Source: Escherichia coli (GTDB lineage: Bacteria; Pseudomonadota; Gammaproteobacteria; Enterobacterales; Enterobacteriaceae). From it: a stretch of 64,000 nucleotides of DNA. The notes beneath the pieces were generated by a model that was not told the DNA's origin, ran no database searches, and was given only the letters and a program-made list of their open reading frames with translations. Both the position numbers and the translations under genes were made by a program. Below are positions 51,208 through 58,590 of the stretch, piece by piece (position 1 is the stretch's first letter; each line of letters begins with the position of its first letter). The stretch lies in assembly GCF_030013595.1 (NCBI RefSeq), contig NZ_CP122768.1. One strand, given 5' to 3'.

Positions 51208-51630
51208 AAATCTGATGTTCTGAATCGCTGAAAACGTGCGTTTTATGGCGTTTTTTCGTGATTTCTGCGTGTTCTGATGTGCTCATTTCGCTGTATCCCT
51301 TGTGTGGCGCGGGCTGCGCGTGTGTTTCGGTGTTCTTTTTTACCGCCAGAAAACGGTAATCAGGCATATAAACACGGCTGTAAGCCGCGCCGCGTCTGGC
51401 TTCGCGTGATTTTGTGCGTCAAAAAGTGCATTTTTGCCCTTAAAAAGCGTTATTCGTAATTCACTGGTAAATGCTCCGCAGGCCGCGCCATTGCTGGCCT
51501 TTTCGCTATTCTGTGTGGTTTTGCTGTTTAACCCGTTTTGCACACTAAAATTGCCTTGCATCCCGCGCCACGTAAGGGATTGCCGGGTTTTTATGTTGCG
51601 TTTTTTGCCGTGCGTAATATTGTGCAAGTT

Positions 51631-51871
51631 GGTGGGACTGGTGGGAACTGTGGGAACCGCCTAGAACCACGCGGCTTTCAGTGGTTCCCACCAGTTCCCA
51701 CGTTGGCTTTTTGTGGGAACCGTGGCGGTTATTTTTTGTTCTTTGCGGTTCCCACCAGTTCCCGCAGAGTTCCCACTCAAAAACGAACAATAATCATACT
51801 GATGGTTTTATTATTTACTGATTTATATATGTTTTATTTTTACGGTTCCCACAGTTCCCACCAGTCCCACC
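51631..51871. repeat. iteron cluster, the putative island replication origin
   Basis: 12 copies of GTGGGAAC/GTTCCCAC (three degenerate) at 9-11-bp spacing. Perfect 28-bp inverted repeat 51631-51658 / 51844-51871. An AT-rich stretch at 51777-51843. Lies directly 3' of the helicase gene. Confidence 0.7.
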
Positions 51872-51906
51872 ACTTTTTCAGTTTTTAAAAACGCAATTTT
51901 TGTGAA

Positions 51907-53745
51907 TTATTCATCAATTGCGAATAACAATGCATTCTGGCCGATGGCGTAAACGCGGTGTTTCTCCCCGTTAACGGAAACGCGTTTTGTGTATCGGCGT
52001 TTCCCGTCCGTGTCGCGGTCAACAATCGCGCCAGCATCGTCAAGACTGGCCGCTATGCGTTTCAGGTCGTAGCCGCTGGCCGCCTCACATAGTGCTTCCG
52101 GTAAAAACCAGTAAACCCGCTCGCCGTTGCTCCCCGGTCGCCACCATCCGGCGCGGGTGCTTACTGGTTCGCTGTATGTGCTGCCCCCTTCAAAGCGTGA
52201 AGCATGGCGGGCGATAAACCCCGCGACGGCCCGGAGTATTTTCACGTCCTCCGATTGCCCCCGCCCACGATAGTCCGCCCACGCATCAAACATCGCTTTC
52301 ACTGCCTCCAGTGCTTCGCCCTGTTTCCACGGCAGAATCCCGGCAGTTATCGCCATTTCCCCGGCCAGTGCGCACAGTGTGAAACGCGCGGCGGCGCGTG
52401 CCTCCTGTCCGGTGCTTACGGGGAATTGTTCGCGCAGTATGGCGTACATATCCGCCAGCGTCTGGCCGTTGCTGTCGGTGCTGGTGGTGTCACTTTCATT
52501 GCGGGAAATCAGCCAGCGCACAAACTCCGGCCCGGCGTGGCCGTAATGGGTAGCCGCATTACCGCGCAGTGTTTCGGCAAATTTCCGGCCTGCTCCCCGG
52601 CGTTCTGTGTCGTTGTCGGGGTTGTGGGGTAGTGCCATTCCGTGAAGACAGTCAAATGCCCCGTAAAGCCGCTGTGCCGGAATATCCAGTAACCGCATTT
52701 CCTGCCCGGCCTTGATGCGCTGGCCGCCGCTTTCCATGTGTTTACCCACGGTCATTTCCCCGGTGGAAATAATCATGGTGCGCCATGTGTTGACCGGGCG
52801 GGCCATGCCGGACACCTTGCCACGCTGACGGCCTGTTCCGTTGCCAAGCTGATAAATCAGCCCGCCAATATCTCTGGCCGGGGCTTCGCCAATTTCATCC
52901 AGTATCAGCGCGGTATCGTTCCGCATGGTTGCCAGCCCTTCAAGCCCGGTGCTGGTGGCGTTCCAGTTGCGTTTAAAGTTGCGGGGTTCTCCCCATACGC
53001 TACAGGCCACCAGCGCCCCCACGCTTTTCCCGCTGGAACTGTCGCCCATGAAATGAAATCCGCCGCTGTCCACATCAAGCAACCACAGCAACGGCCCGGC
53101 GAGCGATGCACACACGGCCAGCATGGTTACCGGGTTTCCCCGGCATAATGCGGCCACGTTGTCGCGCCAGCCCTCCGGCGTTCCTGCGGTGGCGTACTCC
53201 TGTGAGCCTGCTTCTGTTGACTGAAACACCACATCACCATCACCGATAACCCCGCCCGGCATGACAAACAGGGCCGGGGAGTGCCACCCGGTGGCCGTGG
53301 CCGCGAGCGCCCGGCGTTTTGGTGCTGACTCCATGATGTATTCAGTCAGTGCCTGCCGTTGTTTGTAGGGAATGGTAACGCCCATGCGTAGCAGTTCCTG
53401 CCGGAGTTCTCCGCCGTCTCCGGCGAGCATTTCCATCGGTGCGGCCCATTCCCGCCACTGGCCTGACGGCGTGAGAAAACGGAGTAATCGCCCGTAGTTT
53501 TCGTCTTTGCTGTCGCTGGTCATGGCGATGACCTCCAGCGGGGAACATATAAACGTGTCTGTGTTGGTTGAGTCGCGCACGCCGTGCCAGTAAAGGCCGG
53601 GTTTCAGTATCTGGCCGCCGTCCACCTGTACATGCTGCGAATAAGTGGCGTAGCCCGGACGCGCCGGGCTGACTTTGGGGTGTTTCTTGCGTGGTGGTTT
53701 TCTCTTCCCGGATGTGACCGGGGTTTTAGTGGTTGTCCGGGTCAT
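51907..53745 (-). CDS. DUF927-type / SF3-like replicative helicase
   Basis: 612 aa. Walker A GDSSSGKS and Walker B ALILDEIGE are visible. Its start overlaps the primase stop by 20 nt. Confidence 0.8.
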   Translation of the reverse strand: MTRTTTKTPVTSGKRKPPRKKHPKVSPARPGYATYSQHVQVDGGQILKPGLYWHGVRDSTNTDTFICSPLEVIAMTSDSKDENYGRLLRFLTPSGQWREWAAPMEMLAGDGGELRQELLRMGVTIPYKQRQALTEYIMESAPKRRALAATATGWHSPALFVMPGGVIGDGDVVFQSTEAGSQEYATAGTPEGWRDNVAALCRGNPVTMLAVCASLAGPLLWLLDVDSGGFHFMGDSSSGKSVGALVACSVWGEPRNFKRNWNATSTGLEGLATMRNDTALILDEIGEAPARDIGGLIYQLGNGTGRQRGKVSGMARPVNTWRTMIISTGEMTVGKHMESGGQRIKAGQEMRLLDIPAQRLYGAFDCLHGMALPHNPDNDTERRGAGRKFAETLRGNAATHYGHAGPEFVRWLISRNESDTTSTDSNGQTLADMYAILREQFPVSTGQEARAAARFTLCALAGEMAITAGILPWKQGEALEAVKAMFDAWADYRGRGQSEDVKILRAVAGFIARHASRFEGGSTYSEPVSTRAGWWRPGSNGERVYWFLPEALCEAASGYDLKRIAASLDDAGAIVDRDTDGKRRYTKRVSVNGEKHRVYAIGQNALLFAIDE

Positions 53746-54769
53746 GCTCCATTTCCCATAGCATCAAATCGTTAAAGTCGGAAAGGTCTGGTGATGCACC
53801 GGGCGGCCATTCCGGGAATGTGACGTAACACCCGGCCAGCAATGCGGCTTCGTTGGCTGCTCTGGAACCGGGGTTATCTTTTGATGCCCGGTCATCATCC
53901 CCGGCGATAACGAGAGATATGCGCGAGCCGTATCGCTCACGCAGCGCCATAGCCACATGTTTAAGGTTTCCCGCATTCATGGCACACACCACGGCCATGA
54001 CGTTCCAGTACTGGAGAAGGGCGGCCCCGGTGGCCCACCCCTCACACACGTAAACGTCATGTTCCGGCGCTTCCGGGGCCATCAGGTCAAAGCTCCCCAT
54101 AACATGGAAAGCCCCCTGCACCTGACCATCACGGAGAAACATTTTTCGACCGTCCGGGCTGATAATCTGCACGTTCACCACTTCGCCGCATACGTTGTAC
54201 AGCGGGACAAGCAAATCATTACCTGACTGATACAGATTGCCGGGCTGTAGCCGTTTTTTCATGAGATAGGGATGAGAAGGGTTTGCCACCTCCGCCCGGC
54301 CAAGCAACTCAAAGGCCCGGCAGGCGGTCAGTTTCTGGCGCTGGTGGCGCTGTTGCTGTTCCCGCTGGCGGAGTCTGGCCGCCTCCTGTTCTGCGGCCTG
54401 TACCCGCACCCGTTGCGCCTCCCGTTGTTCGCGGGTCATTACATCAGGTTTGCCCAGCGCGGGCAGGCACAGCCCCAGCCTGTCCGCCACAATACGGGCG
54501 GCATCAGTCTGCCGCACATTCCATAAATAAGCCCCCAGCGCCACAAGGTCGCCGCCGCTGTCCCCGGTGGCGAAGTCGTGCCAGCATCCGTCCACCAGCG
54601 AGACGGAAAAACTGCCCGCGTGACGGTCTGCACGCGTGGGGTTACGACACACCCATTCAGTGGCCTGCCGTTTACCTTCGGGCAGCCATTCGGGAACAAG
54701 GATTTCTGCATGTTGTGCCGCCACTGCGGCAACGCTACGGATTGCGTTAATCGTGGCTATGTCACGCAT
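53726..54769 (-). CDS. Toprim-domain DNA primase (P4 alpha / bacteriophage-type)
   Basis: 347 aa from the ATG at 54769 (MRDIATINAIRS...). Toprim-like VYVCEGWATGAAL and LVIAGDDD acidic motifs. The 397-aa ORF is an upstream extension. Confidence 0.75.
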   Translation of the reverse strand: MRDIATINAIRSVAAVAAQHAEILVPEWLPEGKRQATEWVCRNPTRADRHAGSFSVSLVDGCWHDFATGDSGGDLVALGAYLWNVRQTDAARIVADRLGLCLPALGKPDVMTREQREAQRVRVQAAEQEAARLRQREQQQRHQRQKLTACRAFELLGRAEVANPSHPYLMKKRLQPGNLYQSGNDLLVPLYNVCGEVVNVQIISPDGRKMFLRDGQVQGAFHVMGSFDLMAPEAPEHDVYVCEGWATGAALLQYWNVMAVVCAMNAGNLKHVAMALRERYGSRISLVIAGDDDRASKDNPGSRAANEAALLAGCYVTFPEWPPGASPDLSDFNDLMLWEMEHDPDNH

Positions 54770-55076
54770 GTTGCCCGTCCTCCCTGATTTCCCCGGTGCG
54801 GCAGCGCCAGTTATACGCCTCCACAACCTCACTGAATCCGGCCACAAGTTCAGCCGTAACAGCGATGGAATCGCCCAGGCTGCGTAGTTCATTTGGACCA
54901 AGAGCATTATTGTCGCCAATTACCGAAAGTAGCCGCCCTGTGCCAGCCAGCGCATCAAGCAGTTTGCGGGCGCAGTAATCCGCATCATCAAACATTGCGC
55001 GGGCTTCCTGTGCGTCTGCGTTTTTGATGGCCGCAACCAGTAGTTCAGGTATCCGGGTGTTATACATATCACGCAT
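54762..55076 (-). CDS. hypothetical 104-aa island protein
   Basis: Coupled at both ends through ATGCGTGA overlaps. Weak paralog of the 98-aa neighbour. Confidence 0.6.
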   Translation of the reverse strand: MRDMYNTRIPELLVAAIKNADAQEARAMFDDADYCARKLLDALAGTGRLLSVIGDNNALGPNELRSLGDSIAVTAELVAGFSEVVEAYNWRCRTGEIREDGQHA

Positions 55077-55365
55077 GGCTTACCTCCCCGGCCTGCTGGT
55101 CGTAACACTCCATCAGTTCGGCCATACAGCCAATGAGGGCAGGGGCTGTCTGTAGAAATCCGGCTAACTGGCAGATCTCGTCTCTGGAATAGGTGATGGG
55201 GTTTTCGCGTAACTGGCTTTCCTCCAGTGCCTTACCAACAAAGGCAATCCCCGCAAGTAAATTCACTCTGTGCCAGTCTGCATCAACGCGCAGACTCCAG
55301 CGGCTTTCTTCGTCCGGCATACTGCTCATGGCGGCTTTCATTGACTCACGCAGACAATCACGCAT
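55069..55365 (-). CDS. hypothetical 98-aa island protein
   Basis: Starts at the ATG at 55365 (MRDCLRESMKAAMS...), overlapping the upstream stop by 8 nt. Confidence 0.6.
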   Translation of the reverse strand: MRDCLRESMKAAMSSMPDEESRWSLRVDADWHRVNLLAGIAFVGKALEESQLRENPITYSRDEICQLAGFLQTAPALIGCMAELMECYDQQAGEVSHA

Positions 55366-55555
55366 GACGCACCCCCTGAGCCGGAACGCGGCCAGCAAAC
55401 AGCAACACAAAATCACGCGCCAGCATACGGCGGGCGGTTGTTTCATCGGGTGCGTTGACGGATTCGCGGTGTGGGCGGTCGTTCAGGTCGGAACGGCGAA
55501 CAGCCAGAAAGTGAAAGGTAAATTCAGGGTGTAACGGGGTTGGGGTCGTAGCCAT
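55358..55555 (-). CDS. hypothetical 65-aa island protein
   Basis: The ATG at 55555 is preceded by a strong AAGGAGG RBS. Begins MATTPTPLHPEFTFHFLAVRR... Confidence 0.65.
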   Translation of the reverse strand: MATTPTPLHPEFTFHFLAVRRSDLNDRPHRESVNAPDETTARRMLARDFVLLFAGRVPAQGVRHA

Positions 55556-55746
55556 TCTGGCAGCCTCCTTTTGCAAATTTAAGGAGTCACCGCCTGAGTT
55601 CCTACACTCATAAGGGGCGGTGACGCTGGCAGGGGTAGGAATACCGGCGCAAAAGGAAACCGGCCAGCCTTTCGGCTGCCCCACCAGCGCCACCATAGAT
55701 ACAGTGCGGGTCTTGCCGCTGTGCATGGGTGCGCGATGGCACGACA

Positions 55747-55775
55747 CAAAAAAAGACGCTGGGCGCGTCTGTGTC
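55747..55775 (-). terminator. intrinsic terminator within the alpA-to-replication-module spacer
   Basis: The minus strand reads GACGC-GCCCA-GCGUC followed by U7. Confidence 0.75.
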
Positions 55776-55981
55776 GCCTTTTGCTCATTAAACGGGTTCC
55801 TACGCCCGGCTGGTGGATTTACACCAGCGGGGGAAATATAACGCCCACCAGCGATGGCAGGCAAGCAATATTTGCGGTTGCCGCCCATCCCGTGGGGCGT
55901 GTGGTGGTTGTTTTGGGCGTGAGAACGCCCCGGCCCTGTTACGGGCCTTTCTGGCATTTTCATAATGATTATCGCGGTTGG
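55776..55981 (-). ncRNA. candidate structured leader or ncRNA between the alpA stop and the terminator
   Basis: Successive hairpins: GGCCC/GGGCC, GGGCGT-GAGA-ACGCCC, ACGCCCAC...GTGGGGCGT, GCTGGTG...CACCAGC. No convincing ORF or RBS. Bounded by an intrinsic terminator. Confidence 0.35.
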
Positions 55982-56236
55982 TTAGTGGCTGGTGGGTTCT
56001 TTGTTTTTTTGCGCTCTGGCGATAATTTCTGCCATTACGTTATTGCGTTCCTCCACGCGGGCCGCAAGCCATGCATTAACTTCGGATTCAAACCATCCAA
56101 CGCGGCGCAGCCCGCGACGAAAGCCGGGGATAAATTCGCCAGCCCGAATCATGTCGTCAATGCTGGTAGTGGAACGAAGGCGCAGACGCGCAGCAACCTC
56201 GCGTTTGGTGAGGATTTTATCTTGTGTGGTGTCCAT
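55982..56236 (-). CDS. alpA: AlpA/MerR-type (HTH_17) phage regulatory protein
   Basis: 84 aa from the ATG at 56236 with an AAGAGG RBS. ILTKREVAARLRLRSTTSIDDMIRAGEFIPG...WFESEVNAWL is the typical AlpA pattern. Confidence 0.8.
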   Translation of the reverse strand: MDTTQDKILTKREVAARLRLRSTTSIDDMIRAGEFIPGFRRGLRRVGWFESEVNAWLAARVEERNNVMAEIIARAQKNKEPTSH

Positions 56237-56312
56237 GATATTTCGCCTCTTAATTGTATTAATTGGCCCTAACTGGCCATAACAATATGGAAGCACAAGA
56301 AGGCGTGAAATT

Positions 56313-56348
56313 GCCGGACATGTCCATCAGATGGCTGACATGTCCGGC
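56313..56348. promoter_or_regulatory. perfect 12-bp inverted repeat GCCGGACATGTC-N12-GACATGTCCGGC, an operator or a terminator
   Basis: Lies between the stop of the 292-aa gene and the alpA promoter region. Confidence 0.5.
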
Positions 56349-56369
56349 GTATACTCATTCGTGAATTGA

Positions 56370-57248
56370 CTAATCAACCTTAAACCAGCGTCGCATGGTT
56401 TTTTGTGAGGGCAGAGATAAACCAGCTTTGCAAAAATCGTTTTCTAATTCTGTTGGCTGGCCCTTGGTTTTGTCTTCTCTTACATGAAGCCATGGTTTGC
56501 CTCGCTTCGTTTCATCCTTGTAATACAGATAAAGCAAATCATCCACAAAAGCAGGCAGTGCGCTTCTTGGGTCTGGTTGTGTCGTCGGTGATGGTAGTTT
56601 TTTGGTTATGCACCCCATTAACATCCCGTTAGCGCAATCTCTCCCGCCATCCTTAAGGATTTCGATTTCTTCGGCGGTAATAAACAGGTCATCAATGCTT
56701 ACATCGAGTGGACTGGAATCAAAAGTAATCATCGGGCTGAGGGAATAATCGTCACCGTCAGTGTTCATTGTCCTTGGCTTTCCAAGAGAAAAACGAGCCG
56801 ATGACTTTCCATATTTTACAAAATCATAAAAAGGCATGGATTTGGTCAGGTTGCATATGGACATTAACCCTTCTATGGTCAAGTACCTGTATCCCATTAA
56901 AGGTATTTGGTTTTTCGGAATACCTCTGGGACGTTCTTCACTGATAAACAGAATTGCTGTTGTGACTTCAAAATCTCCCGCGCTATATGGTGTATAGACG
57001 GTAAATGGTAGCTGACACAGTGAATCGCCAAGCGGTTTAAATAAAACATACTTATCAGTTGATTTAGTTTCATAATGGTTAAACAGGTCAATTTCAGCCC
57101 GCCACCTTCCTGATATATGTGTACAAATCTCCAGCATTCCTATGTCAGCAAAATGAAGCAAATCATCAACACTGCACTTATTGGAGTTTGCAGTCAGATA
57201 ACTGGCCGCATCGCGTAGTGAGTAAAACAATCTTTTAGGTAATGCCAT
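56370..57248 (-). CDS. orphan 292-aa protein in the int-alpA cargo slot, function unknown
   Basis: The ATG at 57248 lies 1 nt after the int TAA (TAATATG). AT-rich compared with the rest of the island. Only HTH-like patterns at the two termini are recognisable by eye. Confidence 0.75.
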   Translation of the reverse strand: MALPKRLFYSLRDAASYLTANSNKCSVDDLLHFADIGMLEICTHISGRWRAEIDLFNHYETKSTDKYVLFKPLGDSLCQLPFTVYTPYSAGDFEVTTAILFISEERPRGIPKNQIPLMGYRYLTIEGLMSICNLTKSMPFYDFVKYGKSSARFSLGKPRTMNTDGDDYSLSPMITFDSSPLDVSIDDLFITAEEIEILKDGGRDCANGMLMGCITKKLPSPTTQPDPRSALPAFVDDLLYLYYKDETKRGKPWLHVREDKTKGQPTELENDFCKAGLSLPSQKTMRRWFKVD

Positions 57249-57249
57249 A

Positions 57250-58524
57250 TTATTCACCAACCACTTTTAAGCCACGAAAACCGCCAGTTGCACTAAGGCT
57301 TCCGGTTGCTGCCTGTTCGATAAAATCACCCCACCACGCCATCAGTGGGCGGCGTTGCTCCAGATATGTGGAGCGATTGTAAGCCCGTCTCACCGTGTCC
57401 TTATCCAGATGGGAAAGCGCAGCCTCTATTACATCTGGCGGGAACCCCTGTTCATTAAGCGCCGTACTTGCTACAGAGCGTAAACCATGCGCCACCAGCT
57501 TTCCGGTATACCCCATGCGCCTGATAGCGGCGTTTGCGGTCTGTTGATGCATCCCACGCATGGGGTCGCTGTTATGTGGAAAAACAAACTTTCGATGCCC
57601 GCTGATTGGGCGCATGGCTTCAAGAATGGCCATTGCCTGATTATTCAGGGGGACAATGTGCTCCCTTCGTTGTTTTAGTCGCCCGGCTGATATACGCCAC
57701 ACTCTGGCATCTGCATCTATCTCGCTCCACTGTGCCCCGGCTGCCTCGCATGGGCGGCAAATAGTTAATAATTGCCATTCAATAACAAGACGCGTTTGAA
57801 GTTCTGCGCGAGCCGTTGCCAGTTTTTGCATAAATTCCGGCAACTCATCAGGCCTGATTGTTGGCATGTGTTTAACTACAGGTGGGTTGAATGCCTTGCT
57901 GATTTGAGCGGCGGGATTAGCTGGAATTAATCCAATATTCACTGCGTAATACATAACCTCATTGATTCTTTGTGCCAGCCGTCGCACCGTATCCGCTTTG
58001 CCCTGTGCTGATACAGGTTTCAGGGCTTCGATAAAATCCCGTGCAACCAGTTCTGTGATTGGGCGATGGCCTATGGGTGGCAGCACATGACGCTCAAGAG
58101 AACGCCATATATCACGGAGTGTATTTGCCGCCAGATTCTGGCCGCGCTTTACTTCAAACCATTCTTCGGCCACGCGCTGAAATGTGTTTAATCGCCGTAT
58201 TTCATCATCCCGGCGTTGTTTTTCCCTGTGTTCTTTGGGGTCAGTTCCATTTGCGACCAGTGAGCGATACTCGTCTTTAATCCTGCGAGCATCGGCAATG
58301 CTGATTTCGGGATATGCACCAAGGCTTAACATTGCCCGTTTTTTGGTGTGTGGCTTGTAGTACCGGAACCGCCATAAGGCTGATGCGCTACCCGCTTTCA
58401 CAACTAACTCCAGCCCATCGCCATCCGTGATAAATAAATCCTTCTCGGCGGTGAGCGATTTCTTCTGCAAACTTTTAATCGTCGCTGGTGTAAGTAATTT
58501 TGTGTTTTTGGCCACTGGTTGCAT
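57250..58524 (-). CDS. int: P4-type tyrosine integrase
   Basis: 424 aa. N-terminal arm-binding-like region (LTPATIKSL...GLELVVKAGSASALWRFRY). C-terminal AHGLRS...HLDKDTVRRAYNRSTY catalytic region. Adjacent to a tRNA. Confidence 0.92.
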   Translation of the reverse strand: MQPVAKNTKLLTPATIKSLQKKSLTAEKDLFITDGDGLELVVKAGSASALWRFRYYKPHTKKRAMLSLGAYPEISIADARRIKDEYRSLVANGTDPKEHREKQRRDDEIRRLNTFQRVAEEWFEVKRGQNLAANTLRDIWRSLERHVLPPIGHRPITELVARDFIEALKPVSAQGKADTVRRLAQRINEVMYYAVNIGLIPANPAAQISKAFNPPVVKHMPTIRPDELPEFMQKLATARAELQTRLVIEWQLLTICRPCEAAGAQWSEIDADARVWRISAGRLKQRREHIVPLNNQAMAILEAMRPISGHRKFVFPHNSDPMRGMHQQTANAAIRRMGYTGKLVAHGLRSVASTALNEQGFPPDVIEAALSHLDKDTVRRAYNRSTYLEQRRPLMAWWGDFIEQAATGSLSATGGFRGLKVVGE

Positions 58525-58568
58525 CCCGAAACAGGTTTAAGGCATACGAGATTGCTTCTGTTTGTGAG

Positions 58569-58590
58569 GATATGCCTTGATGTATGCCTA
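58569..58590. repeat. 22-nt repeat GATATGCCTTGATGTATGCCTA (int-proximal end)
   Basis: Partner of 50468-50489. An inverted AGGCATA copy lies at ~58547. Confidence 0.6.

Noticed and set aside
53726-54919. N-terminally extended versions of several ORFs in the track: primase 397 aa, exuT 472 aa, ebgA 1081 aa, patA 496 aa, uxaC 491 aa, yqjF 160 aa and others.
   Set aside because: The ORF track takes the most upstream possible start, including GTG/TTG. Shorter starts match the known protein N-termini or, for the primase, the repeated ATGCGTGA coupling junction.
55358-55963. 201-aa ORF spanning the alpA-downstream spacer.
   Set aside because: There is no RBS at its start. It reads straight through several strong hairpins and a canonical intrinsic terminator. 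Only its last 65 codons follow a strong AAGGAGG RBS, so only 55358..55555 is called as a CDS.
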